Shown here: piece after piece, positions 12,980-25,025 of the stretch
How positions within the stretch are numbered: position 1 is the first letter of the stretch
How the letters are laid out: each line of letters starts with the position of its first letter
DNA from: Chiloscyllium plagiosum
Lineage: Eukaryota
Reading direction: 5' to 3'
NCBI RefSeq assembly: GCF_004010195.1
Contig: NC_057717.1
Coordinates: 105,917,804-105,981,803, forward strand
DNA length: 64,000 nt
Position numbers and translations under genes: made by a program
Notes under the pieces: generated by a model
Told to the model about the DNA's origin: nothing
Seen by the model: only the letters and a program-made list of their open reading frames with translations
Database searches by the model: none

Positions 12980-13675
12980 TCTGGACTAGTGGTGCTGGAA
13001 GAGCACAGCAGTTCAGGCAGCATCCAAGGAGCAGCGAAATCGACGTTTCAGGCAAAAGCCCTTCATCATCCTGCGGTGATGGGGTGATTGGTGCGGGTGT
13101 TCCCTGAAGCGCTCTGCGAGGAGACCACATCGGGAGCAACGGATACAATAAATGAAATTGGTGGATGTGCAGGTGAAACTTTGATAGATGTGGAAGGCTC
13201 CTTTGGGGCTTCGGATGGAGGTGAGGGAGGAGATGTAGCGCAGGTTTTATAATTTCTGCAGTGGCAGGGAGGGTGCCAGGACGGGAGGGTGGGTTGTTGG
13301 GGGGTGTGGACCTGACCAGGTAGTCGCGGAGGGAACGGTCTTTGCAGAAGGCGGAAATGGGTGGGGAGGGAAATACATCTCTGGTGGTGGGGTTTGTTTG
13401 GAGGTGGCGGAAATGTTGGCGGATGATGCGGTTAATGCGAAGGTTGGTAGGTGGAAAGTGAGGACCGGGGGGGTTCTGTCCTTGTTACGGTTGGAGGGGT
13501 GGCGTTCGAGGGCGAGACGTGGATGAGATGTGTTAGAGGGCATCTTTAACCACGTGGGAAGGGAAATTACGGTCTCTAAAGGAGGCGGCCATCTGGTGTG
13601 TTCTGTGGTGGAACTAGTCCTCCTATGAGCAGATACGGCGGAGGCGGAGGAATTGGGAATACGGGATGTGGCAGA
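12980..13675 (-). mobile_element. Penelope-like element fragment with 3' pLTR end
   Basis: Homologous to 62738-63830 (RNKDRTPPVLTFH...). Its terminal segment carries the hammerhead-like gaagggcttttgcctgaaacgtc. Confidence 0.75.
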
Positions 13676-13689
13676 GGAATTGGGAAATT

Positions 13690-14090
13690 AGCACACTTCC
13701 TTGAGGACACCTCTTGTCTTTGTCCATGAGTATTCTAAAATTTACGGAATTGTGATCACTATTCCCAAAGTAATCCCGTACTGAAATTTCAATCACCTGG
13801 CTGGGCTCATTCCCCAATCCCAGGTCCAGTATGGCCCCTTCCTGAGTTGGACTATTTACATACTGCTCTAGAAAACCCTCCTGGACGCTCCTTACAAATT
13901 CTGCTCCATCCAGACCTCTAACACTAAGTGAATCCCAGTCAATGTTGGGAAAATTAAAATCTCACCAACACCAACACCCTGTTGCTCCTACATCTTTCTA
14001 TGATCTCTCCAAATACCTGTACCTCTATCTCATGTTCGCTGTTGAGAGGCCTGTAGTACAATCCCAACATTGTCAGCGCACCCTTCCCAT
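13690..14090 (-). mobile_element. CR1 LINE endonuclease fragment
   Basis: GNEPSQVIEISVRDYFGNSDHNSVNF ORF piece. Confidence 0.8.
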
Positions 14091-14539
14091 TAAAGTGAGG
14101 ACTCTGCTCAATGACAACTGATAATTAGGGGTGTCCCTTGTTCATTGTCACCATTTTCTCTGAAATGTGTGTCTGTCCACGTCTATACTTGATCATAAGG
14201 AACTGTGTTATCTTGGAGCTGATAGTGAGACTGTGTTAGTCTGATGGTTGCAGGTGGATTCATTCTTTGGAGGAAGGTCTCGCCCACATTGAGTCAGGAC
14301 TTCAGTCATTGAGGTCTTGTCGATTTTTATTCAGAATGACATTGGAGAGACCATTTTTTGAAAACTGTGCAGTTTTGGTCTCCTTATTTAAGGGAGAATG
14401 TAAATGAATTGGAGACAGTTCAGAGAACGTTCTTGAGACTGACACCGAGAATGAGCAGCTTCCACAGAATTAGGAAAAAGCGAAGGCAGCAGATGCTCTT
14501 CACTTTTACACATTGATCTTGTTTTCACAAAGACACCCC

Positions 14540-14921
14540 CCCCCAGCTCCTCCCGGGCTGCAGGCGGCGCTGCGGCGGGCGCTGTGACCCCTCCAGCTCC
14601 TCCCGGGCAGCAGGCGGCGCTGCGGCGGGCGCTGAGACAGTGTTTGTGCTCGGTCGCCGCTCCCTCCCTGTGAGGGTGATTATAGTCGTTAGGGAAGGTG
14701 TCCGCAGTCGGTGAGTGTGACCCTCGGGAGGCGGGAGTTACAGGATGACGCTGTTAGTTGTAATTCATCGGAACTGAGCCCGTTCCTGCCCTGACTTCAC
14801 CAGCCGGCCCGGAGGATGGGGTAAAGGTGAGTCTTTACAACACCCCCCCCCGGGGGGCGGGGGCTATAAACAAACTCACTCACCCCCCCCCCCCCGGCCC
14901 TGACCCACCCCCCCCCCGGCC
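14540..14921 (+). promoter_or_regulatory. CpG-rich island, probable ATG4D promoter and non-coding first exon (donor gtgagt at 14711)
   Basis: The most CpG-dense non-repeat segment upstream of ATG4D, with a strong donor gtcg|gtgagt. The ATG-containing exon begins with an acceptor at 20811, so an upstream exon is required. Confidence 0.6.
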
Positions 14922-15317
14922 NNNNNNNNNNNNNNNNNNNNNNNNNNNNNNNNNNNNNNNNNNNNNNNNNNNNNNNNNNNNNNNNNNNNNNNNNNNNNNN
15001 NNNNNNNNNNNNNNNNNNNNNNNNNNNNNNNNNNNNNNNNNNNNNNNNNNNNNNNNNNNNNNNNNNNNNNNNNNNNNNNNNNNNNNNNNNNNNNNNNNNN
15101 NNNNNNNNNNNNNNNNNNNNNNNNNNNNNNNNNNNNNNNNNNNNNNNNNNNNNNNNNNNNNNNNNNNNNNNNNNNNNNNNNNNNNNNNNNNNNNNNNNNN
15201 NNNNNNNNNNNNNNNNNNNNNNNNNNNNNNNNNNNNNNNNNNNNNNNNNNNNNNNNNNNNNNNNNNNNNNNNNNNNNNNNNNNNNNNNNNNNNNNNNNNN
15301 NNNNNNNNNNNNNNNNN
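14922..15317. other. Assembly gap (N)
   Basis: Run of n flanked by poly-C tracts. Confidence 1.
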
Positions 15318-15778
15318 CCCCCTCACACCCACTATGCTGCCCCCCCCCCCCCAGCTTCAGCTGACTAGCCAATGGTAATGTATGAACACTGGGACCACTG
15401 GGGAAACTACTCTGTTCAGCTTTTGGATGAGAGTGGTGCTGGATTGCAGCTCTTCTCCCCTCTTTCATTCTGCCTTGGGTGTTGTGTTTGTTAAGTTTGA
15501 GTTTCAGGTGAATCATGACTAGTTTAAAGCGTTAATGGTGTTAGTGGGGAGACTAGGTGATGGGGTTTTGTCTGTGTGTTTTAAAAGATTGTGATTTGGA
15601 GAGGGACAGGATCTTTTGAGGGGACATGGCGTCCCAGAGTTTTACGGTTTTGGAATAAATTGAGGATAGGATATGTGCAATGTGTCTTCCCTTTCTATGC
15701 CGTTGGCTTCTGGAAGTAGTGATGGTGTTGAAAGTGTCTCATTTTCAAATGTGTGAATGTGAGCTAAAACAGGTAAAG

Positions 15779-15871
15779 AGCTGAAAATGTGTTGCTGGAA
15801 AAGCGCAGCAGGTCAGGCAGCATCCAAGGAACAGGAGAATCGACGTTTCGGGCATGAGCCCTTCTTCCTGA
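15779..15871 (-). mobile_element. Short Penelope pLTR-end insertion (family A), 8-bp TSD
   Basis: TSD aggtaaag at 15771-15778 and 15872-15879. Confidence 0.8.
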
Positions 15872-18224
15872 AGGTAAAGGCCAAGATGTGTGGTATCATG
15901 TTCCAGAGGTGGTGTTATCCATCTATAAATCATTAAAGTTGGACTGGAAGATGGAACACACTCGGATATTTATCAAGTATCGAGTTATTCTGAAGTTTTA
16001 TTTGTCTGCCTTTGATTGGATGAAAGTTTTAGTAAGCAGTGTCTTGTTTGTTAATATTTATAAGCAGTGTTGGTCCAATTTTCTTGATTTTAAGGCATGT
16101 AAAACAGTGGCGTGTCTGAACACAACTTTAAGCAGGTTGTATCATTGTACTGATTTTTTATGATGTTATGACATGTTTTATAGGTCTCTATTTGACAAGC
16201 TTATTTCAGAAGTGTGAAAGGTTGGAGACACTTCACTGCTTTCAACTTATGCCTCTGTAAATTGAGCGCAATCAGCTCTGAAGCCACATGATTTATTTGG
16301 AAAGCAGACTTGCAATTCTCCTTTTCAGTTTCGACATCTATTTGCGTATACCACAACAGCTAGCGAAATTTAAATTCAATTAATAACTGGAATTATAATG
16401 CTGGACTCGGTGATGACCATGATGACTATCATTGTTGTAAAAACATGCTTCACTAGAGTCTTTTGGGGAGAGAAATCTGCCATGCTTATCTAATCTGGCC
16501 TACACATGACTCCAGACCACCATTAACATGCCATCTGGGATGGAGCACTCAGTTCAAGGGTAATTGGGGATGGGCTATATCTTGGCACCTCGTGTAAATA
16601 AAAAATAAAACGAGCTCTTGTGAATGTATTAACTTGTTACCCTAAGGATTATGAACAGCTGTTAGTAACTAACTGTAGTCACAATTTGCAATAGACCACT
16701 AACCCCCCTCTGTATTGACATCAACAACTTTGTTTATACTTTGAACATCATAAAACAGGAGGTGTTATTAAACAAAGTTCAACACTGAATCACATAACAA
16801 CATATCAGGACCAATGGCCAAAAGCTCAGTCTAAGAAACTATTTTAATCAATCTCCTGAGGGGGGGAGGGAAACAGCACAGGTTTGAGGGCTGCAGGAGG
16901 TTATAGTGATACAGAGGGTCAATGCTACATTGCCCAGAGTGTTAGGTGCATTTGTCAGAGGGAAAAGGGTCTGGGTGGGTTACTCTTCAGAGGATCAGTG
17001 TGGACTTGTTGGGCTGAAGAACCTGTTTCCACACTTTAGGGAATCTAATCTAAAACAATGGAGGGATTCAAAAAAAAAAAAGGCTGAAAATTTTGAATTA
17101 GGAATGTTGCTGAACTGGGAAGCAATGTCGGTCAGTCGAAAGGCCTCATCATCAATCACCCATTCAAATTCATTCCCAGGATCTCTGATCTGACCTGAGA
17201 TTCCTTGGTTTTCCTTTCTACGACATCTTACAGGTTTTCAAAGCTCAAGATTAGCCTAAAGAAAATTGTGGAAATCTCCTGACCCCTTTCGGGTCTTGAT
17301 GCTGTCCTTCTCTTCAACCCCATCCTCTCCCAAGGCATTTCTGAAACCAAAGTTTAGCCAAGTTGGCCAAGTTTGGAGAAACAAAATATCTCTGAGCTTC
17401 CTTTTCAAATTGTTGGCTGTTAGAGTTGGATTTGAAATTGTCTCACATCTCCACTGTTGCAAATTCTGATCCATCACATTATGACTATTATTCTGATTAT
17501 GTAACAATATTGATTTTTATGTAGCCTTTTATATATAGAGGAGGAAATGTCCTCTCCTGTCCACTGTGACTGGGAGGCTTCAGAGCAGCTGCTGACCCTG
17601 TCCTTCCTGGTGTCCATGTGGGACCTCTCCTGCAGTGCTTTGGTGGAAAGGTTGTGCTGATAGAGAGATGCCTCTGGAGAGCTGATATCGTGACCCCATT
17701 TATACCAGAGAAGCTCGACTGTAGAATGAACTGGTATGGAAGCACCGTCCTGGTCATTTTTGGTGCTGTCTTCTCTCACGGTTGCTCAAGTGTTGAAGGC
17801 TATTTATCTGAAGTAGTTTTGACCCAGCACTGACTGTACATTTAACAGCACACGCTGTCCTAGCACTGACTGTATCAAGTAAATGGATAATGTAATTGCC
17901 AGTTACTTTATCTCAGGGTGTATTTACTAATTGTTTCTCCATCCATCCTTTATTTAAGTGACTGTGCAGGCAGGTTTTTTTACCAAGTGAAATAAATTCG
18001 TGAATGAACATCCAAGTCAAATCATGTGACCCTCCTCATTCCTCCTGTACTGTGGTCACCTCCAACTATTCTATCTGACCTTATGAGCAGACACCAGACA
18101 TCTCCTTATAGTTAGCCCATGGCCTGCTTTTAATGATTGAGTTTCTACTTTTAAAATAACCAGCAGCACAGTTTTATACTTTCAACAAGATCAAAGATTA
18201 GTGGGTTACGCAGCTGCTGTAGAA

Positions 18225-19395
18225 TTGTAGAGTTACACAGCACAGAAACAGACTCTTTGGTCCAGCTCATCCATGCCAACCAGATATCCTAAACTAATCT
18301 AGTCCCATTTGCCAGCATTTGGCTCGTATCCCTCTTGAACCCTTCCTATCCATGTCCTAAACAGATGGCTTCTAAATGCTGTAACCGCATCTGCCTCCAT
18401 CATCACCACCTCTGGCAGCTCATTCCATACACACCATTCTCTGTGTGAACAAGTTATCTCTCAGATCTCTTTGAAATCTTTCCCTTCGCACCTTAAATCC
18501 ATTCCCTCTAGTTTTGTACACCCCTACGCCGGGGAAAAGACCTTGGCTATTTACCCCTATCTATGCCCCTCATGATTTTATAAACCTCTATAAAGTCGCT
18601 TCTTAGCCTCTGACACTCCAGGGTAAAATGTCCCGGCCTATTCAGCCTCTCCCTGGAGCCTTACCCTGCTGATGGCAGCATCATCCTTGCTAAATCTTTT
18701 CTGAACTCTTTCAACTTTAATAACATCTTTTCTACAGCAGGGAGACCAGAGTTGAAGGCAGTATTCTAAATGTTATGAAGATGTGGGTGTACCTTTGGAG
18801 AGTTAGTAGCAGCAGAACTACTGAACACAGCACCTTCATATCTTCATAATGTCTTCATAACATAAAAGTGGTTTGACTAATGTCCTGTACAGCCATAACA
18901 TGACATTCCAACTCCTATACTCGGTGTTCTGACCAATGAAGGCAAGTTTACCAAACGCCGCCTTCACCATCGTCTAACTGTGACTCCACTTTTGAGGAAC
19001 TGCACCCGCACCACCAGGTCTTTGTTCGGCAGCACTCCCCAGGGCCCTACCGTTAACTGTATAAGGCCTGCCCTGGTTTGCCTTTCCAAAATGCAGCACC
19101 TCACATTTATCTAAATTAAACTCCAGCTGCCACACTTCAGCTCATTCACTTATCTGATCAGATGCTGATGTACACTCAGATAATCGCCTCCACTGTCCGC
19201 TTGGTATTATCTGCAAACTTACTAACTATACCTCCTGTACTCTCATTCACTATGTAAATGATGCAAAGCAGTGGACCCAACACTGATCCTTGCAGCAAAC
19301 CGGTGGTCACAGGCCTCCAGAGTGAAAAACAATCCTTTACCACCACCCTCTGTCCCCTACTTTCAAGCCGGTTTTGTATGCAGTTGGCTAGCTCC
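18225..19395 (-). mobile_element. CR1 LINE 3' portion
   Basis: Reverse complement of CR1 RT and 3' UTR motifs seen at 24400-24805 and 29711-29940. Confidence 0.85.
18771..18862. mobile_element. 92-bp element with TGT...ACA 11-bp inverted termini and 4-bp TSD (taaa)
   Basis: taaa|tgttatgaaga ... tcttcataaca|taaa, interrupting CR1 sequence gtattctaaaagtgg. Confidence 0.75.
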
Positions 19396-19454
19396 CTTTT
19401 GCTGAAAGTTACTTAACTAGGATTTCTTGCTGCAATTCTATTGACTCTTGGTAA

Positions 19455-19960
19455 GACCACATCAGGTTTGGTCTCCTTTCCTGAGGAAGGATGCTCTTGC
19501 TATACAGGGAGTGCAGTAAAGACTTACCAGGCTGAGTCTGGGGATGGTTGGACTGATGTATGGAGAGAAGTTGAATCGCTTGGCTTTATATTCACTGGAG
19601 TTCAGAAGAATTGGGGGGAGGCATTTTATAGAAACATAATTGTAACAGGGCGAGACAGGACAGATAAAGGGAAGATGTTCCCAATGACTGGGATCTCCAG
19701 GAAGGAACCAGGGCTCTCAGTTCAGTAATATGGGGTAAACTATTTAGGATTGAGATAAGGAGACATTTTTTCACCCAGAGAGGGTGAACCTATGGAATTT
19801 GCTATCACAGAAAACAGTTGAAGCCAATAAATTGTGTGATTTAAAGAAGGAGTTGAGTATAGCAGCTGGGGCGAAAGGGATCACGAAAGGTGGGGGTGGG
19901 GGGAGAATAGGAGGTGGGACAGGCAATTGAGTTGATCAGCCAAGAATAATGAATGGCAGA
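19455..19960 (+). mobile_element. Degenerate CR1 3' fragment
   Basis: ttttcacccagagagggtgaacctatggaatt and other CR1 motifs. Confidence 0.7.
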
Positions 19961-20900
19961 GCATAGTGTTTCAATGTTCAGTAAAAGTGGCAGTTATTCA
20001 CAAAAATACAGCTGCCAAGACTTAAAGTAAGGATAACAATTACGTATGAAGGTGCAATGGAGATCGGGCTCTGCTTACTATTGTTGCAGGACTGACCAAC
20101 CTGAAGGTGTTCTTTCTGAAATGAAGGGGTTGATGTGATGGCTTCTGTAGTTAAATAGTTTGACATTATTCTCACAGGTGAACTTGGTATGCAGACCACG
20201 ACCTGGCATTGAATAAGGGTCCTTTGTTTCATTTTGTATTGTTTGTAGGTTGTGGCTGTTGTAGTCTGCTTCAGTGCAGCAATCCTTTCACTGTACCTGG
20301 ATTTTGACCTGGATGCTTTTCCTCTCCCTGTTGCAGTTACGAGTTCTGGATGTCTTTATCACATTGGCCGGATAATTTTTAGCTTTTATCACAAACAAGC
20401 ACTGTGGCTGGAAATGTTAACTGTGAGGAATCATGGTTCCATGAAGCAAAATCACTTGTGCTAGAATTCCTTGTAATGTCCCTCCTGTCATCTTTTAGAC
20501 ATGGTAAAAGTTTTAAGTCTTTACACTGAGGTTTCATTGGATAGCCTGGAATCCTCACTTAGGAATCGATCACAAAGGGGTCATTAACATCAATCAAGTA
20601 TTCTGCTTGGGCTGCAGTAGATTACATAAAGTCATGTGGCTTTTGGGAGCAGTTTGCTTAGATTCATTATGTCCGTTTTAAAGGCAGACTAGCTTTTTTG
20701 GCAAAATATGTAATATGGTTACATGTTTGTGGCAAATGTTTCAAACTTTATAACCTCCATCATTTGCTGGATTTTAACTGCTTTTGTGTATGTTTTCCCT
20801 GCTGTTACAGGTTCTTGCCGTATTCTAGATGGCCAACAGACAAAGGAATAAATGCACTGCCCACCAATGCTGTGTTTCATCACAGTTAACTACATGACCA

Positions 20901-21108
20901 ATGAATTCCGTCTCGCCTACCTCTATTCACTATGTCCAAAGTCAGGAGGACCTGCATCCCTCCGGATCAAATAGGCCATTTCCCAGTGATCACAAGAACA
21001 GCTGGGATAGCCACTGTCATTCAACAGAGAAGTCTGAACACACTGAACCAGATGAGGTAGACAAGATTAAAGCTAAGCTGATGACAGCATGGAACAATGT
21101 CAAATATG
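20901..21108 (+). CDS. ATG4D: ATG4D cysteine protease, coding exon 1 (exon begins at acceptor 20811)
   Basis: MNSVSP...[22 protein letters not shown] matches the ATG4D N-terminus including the DEVD motif. Donor gtgagg. Confidence 0.95.
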
Positions 21109-21736
21109 GTGAGGACTTTTTGGATGGGAATATTTCCAAAACTTCCTGACATTGTTCTGCTCTTTGTTTGCAGCCCGGGTCTGAAAGTGCTTGGTCCCAT
21201 CTCCTGTCCTCCCCCCATTCCCTTGTCAAGACATTGTGGCCTCAGTTGATTTTCTTGTACTTATTGGATTTGAAGCGAGGACCATGCTAATGCTAGTTAC
21301 CCCTGCTGTCTAATTGGCGAACTCTATCCAGGCTGGGATTTAAAACCCCTGTCCCCTTTACCTGCTGGCCTGTTCTCAATAAGTTGGAATTCTTACTACT
21401 TTTTGTATATTGACAGTCATGATCAGGAAATAAGCAAAATGCTGGAGAAATTCAACAGATCAGACGGCATCTGTGGAGACAAATCAGTGTTAATATTTAG
21501 AGTTTGATATGATTTTTCAGCAGCAATGATCAGGGAACTTGCTCAAACACGTTCCAGATCCTGACAGCATGAGAAAATCAACTGAGTGGCATAAAATTGG
21601 GATTTAATCCAAGCATCTCCTTCTGGAAATAGTGTCCTCATCTTGCCCTCAGCCAGTGGTATTGTCAGGCCAGAGGGTGGAGAGGATTGCCCTCAGTCAT
21701 CAGGTGTGTTAACCTGTTCCTTTTGTGTCTTCCTAG

Positions 21737-21820
21737 GTTGGGTTGTGAAAGGGAGAACAAATTTCAGCAAAACCTCCCCCATTTTCCTTCTGGGCCGGTG
21801 CTACTGCTTTGAGTCAGAAG
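21737..21820 (+). CDS. ATG4D: ATG4D coding exon 2
   Basis: cttcctag acceptor; WVVKGRTNFSKTSPIFLLGRCYCFESE; gt donor; phase 1-1. Confidence 0.95.
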
Positions 21821-21916
21821 GTATTTTGTGCCCCTCTGGGGCAGCCACTCACTGATTTTATAAGCTACTAACTATCCAAACAGTTGGTAATATTGTCATC
21901 TGCTTCTCTCTGTCAG

Positions 21917-22156
21917 CAGCTGATTTGCCATCAAACTCAGACACCAGTTACGAGACCGGCAGCAACCAAAGTTCCTCTCCTCCCTCGGTGGGATTGTTCC
22001 GCAAGGACTTTGCTTCTCGGATCTGGTTGACGTACAGGCGTGAATTTCCTCAGCTGGAGGGTTCTGTGTGGACCACAGACTGTGGCTGGGGTTGCATGTT
22101 ACGCAGTGGCCAGATGTTACTGGCTCAGGGACTTCTCATTCATCTTCTGTCTCGAA
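21917..22156 (+). CDS. ATG4D: ATG4D coding exon 3 (catalytic Cys)
   Basis: [19 protein letters not shown]...[21 protein letters not shown], the peptidase C54 signature. CAGCAG acceptor (start 21917 or 21920) and donor gtaagt. Confidence 0.93.
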
Positions 22157-22864
22157 GTAAGTCTTGTCCCTTTGTTTTATGCTTTTCTGTCTCCTCTGCT
22201 GCCTGTTGTTCAAACTGTACTCCAAGATGTGAGCAATGGTTGTCCAGACTGTCATCTTTTTATATCTGCAAGTGTTTGAAATAGCTGCCGTAACTATTTA
22301 CACAGGAAGGCCCGTGAAGTCCAACAATGTTCTGCTTTTCCCTTCCCCTCACAAAGGAGGCGTGCTCCAAAGCTTGTGATTTCAAATAAACCTGTTGGAC
22401 TGCAACCTGGTGTCATGTGACTTCTGACTTTGTCCACTCCTGTGCAGCACTGACATCTCCATGCCACTGCTTTTTCCTGATGTGGGTATGTTCGCTTATG
22501 GGCGTTGGAGAGTAGCCTAATAATCAGTAATCCTGCCTGCTATCTCTCTCTTTCCCTCACCACCCACAATTCACCGCCACGATTGTTGCCAGTAAAGAGC
22601 ACCTAACCCTGATTGGATTTGGTTTATGTATATATAACCCTGCAGTTGAAAAGTTTGCAGGTGTTGGATGAGGACATGGTGAGTCTTGGATGTGATAATT
22701 ATCTGTCCCCTTTCAATAGCCTACCACTACACAGTAAATTGTTTCAGTAAGATCATGAACACTTCCAATACTGGAGCACAGCCTGGTTCCAGACAAATCA
22801 TCCTCCGGAGAATGAGTTTGGTGATTGCTATTGGCATCTCTGGTTTCAAGCTGATCTTTGACTG

Positions 22865-23299
22865 AACTGGAGGGCATGTCTTCTGAAAAAAAGGTTGAGG
22901 GAGCTAAGGCTTTTCTCCTAGAGCCAAGAAGGGTGAGAGGCAACTGAAGAGAGGTGTACAAGATGATGAGCGGCATAAATGAAGTGAATAGTCAGAGCCT
23001 TTTTCCCAGGTTGGAAATGTCTGTCACGAGGGAGCATAATTTTACGGTGATTGGAGGAGGGTTTAGGGGAGATGTCAGAGATAGGTTCTTTACAGAGAGT
23101 GGTGGGGGTGTGGAATGCACTGCCAGCAGTGGTAGTAGAGGCAGATACATTAGGGGCATTTAAGTGACTCTTGGAAACACACATGGAAGACAGTAAAATG
23201 AAGGGTTATGTAGGTTAGTCTGATCTTAGAGTAGGATAAAAGGTCAGCACAACATCGAGGTCTGAGGGGCTTGTACTGTGCTGAACTGTTCTATGCTCT
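22865..23299 (+). mobile_element. CR1 LINE 3' fragment abutting the ATG4D exon 4 acceptor
   Basis: ORF piece YKMMSGINEVNSQSLFPRLEMSVTREHNF and CR1 tail ttgtactgtgctgaactgttctatg. Confidence 0.85.
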
Positions 23300-23311
23300 G
23301 TCTTCTTTCAG

Positions 23312-23678
23312 ACTGGACCTGGTCTGATGTTTTACTTTCTGTCGAATCTGAGGCTGAATCCAGATCGCCATCCAAATCAAACACTTTAAACTGGCCCATC
23401 TTCTCTGAGGTCCTTGGCTCACAACTGGACAGAAGTAGAAGCCTCAGGGATACGCAGAGAACCACTGTAATGCAAAGACCTACACAGGCACAGAGACGGA
23501 CCAACATGGACCAGTACACTGTAGACCAAGAGGAATTGGAGCACCGAAAAATTATCTCCTGGTTTGGAGATTACCCCAAAGCTCCATTTGGAGTCCATCA
23601 GTTAGTGGAGCATGGGAAGAGATCAGGGAAGAAGGCTGGGGACTGGTATGGCCCGTCCATTGTGGCCCATATAATCAA
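23312..23678 (+). CDS. ATG4D: ATG4D coding exon 4
   Basis: WTW...[45 protein letters not shown]. Acceptor tcttctttcag, donor gtaagt. Confidence 0.95.
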
Positions 23679-24399
23679 GTAAGTAAAGCCTGTCTGTGCC
23701 AGCAACAACAAAAGAACTTGCATTAATACAACACCTTTTAAATAATCTGCATATGACTCTATAATAATCCATTATTTGTAAAATGCTTTGGATAGTGATG
23801 GTTATGGAGGCAAATGTAGCAGTCAGTTTGAGAATGGTAAAGCCCCAGTACAGTGAGTGAGGTGTTGGTTGAGGAATGAATGTCCGAACAGCAGCTGGAA
23901 CTCGCTGCCTGCTCTTGGGTAATGTCACAATATTCCATGTTCAGCCAAGCAGATGGGCAAGGCCTTGGTCTGAATAATGACACTTGCAGAAAGGTGGCTC
24001 TTCCTCAGCACAGTGTAGTGTTCCCACTCTGAGCTGTAGTCCATTGTGGGGCTTGGGATGGCTCATTGCTCAGACCATACTTGGCTGACTCATTTGAGAT
24101 GTGAAGGGTGGGTTAGTGACCTTAGAAGTTAAATACAAGGTTTTAATGAGAAGTTGCTGTGAGGTGAGTCATAATTACCAAATTATGCATGTGTTTTATT
24201 TATTTCTTGAGCAGGGATTAGTGCCTGTGATAGTTTCGGGTGAGTTAATTGATCAGTGCTCAATGCAGTGATGTAAGCCAAGTTCTTTTAATCCCTGTTC
24301 AGAAATTGCCTCTGAAAAATGACTGTTCCGCAGGCCCTTACTGGGACTACAGTGCCTTTCTAATACTGTCTCCACAAAAAACATCAAGCAATGTCATAG

Positions 24400-24805
24400 G
24401 CTTTGGTTAGGCCACTATTTGAATATTGCCGGCAATTCTGGTCTCCTTCCTATCGGAAAGATGTTGTGAAACATGAAAGGGTTCGGAAAAGATTTACAAG
24501 GATGTTGCCAGGGTTGGAGGCATAGGTTTAGGGTGAGAGGGGCAAGATATAAAAGAGACCTATGGGGGTAATGTTTTCACACAGAGGGTGGTACATGTAT
24601 GGAATGAGCTGCCAGAGGAAGTGGTGGAGGCTGGTACAATTGCAACATTTAAAAGGCATTTGGATGGGTATATGAATAGGAAGGGTTTGGAGGGATATGG
24701 GCCGGGTGCTGGCAGGTGGGACTAGATTGGGTTGGGATATCTGGTCGGCATGGACGGGTTGGACCGAAGGGTCTGTTTCTGTGCTGTACATCTCTATGAC
24801 TCTGT
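24400..24805 (+). mobile_element. CR1 LINE 3' fragment
   Basis: Very similar to 29711-29940; ends ctctatgactct. Confidence 0.9.
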
Positions 24806-24954
24806 CACTTGGTTGAGGTGCTGAAAGGTGGCTGACACCTGTACAGTTGTATGCCTGAATGAATCTGAGGACGGAGAGCTGAATTGGTTTGCTGTTGTTT
24901 TTATCATCACTGTCATTTATTTGGGGCATTCATTCCTGATTGTTTTTCTTTCAG

Positions 24955-25025
24955 GAGAGCAGTAGAAAGAGCTGAAGAATCTGAATCATTAAACATTGCA
25001 GTTTATGTGGCACAGGATTGCACAG
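24955..25025 (+). CDS. ATG4D: ATG4D coding exon 5
   Basis: RAVERAEESESLNIAVYVAQDCT. Acceptor tttttctttcag, donor gtgggt. Frame consistent with neighbouring exons. Confidence 0.93.

Noticed and set aside
14797..15516. ORFs spanning poly-X (also 28871-29986 and 58777-59244)
   Set aside because: Created by assembly gaps.
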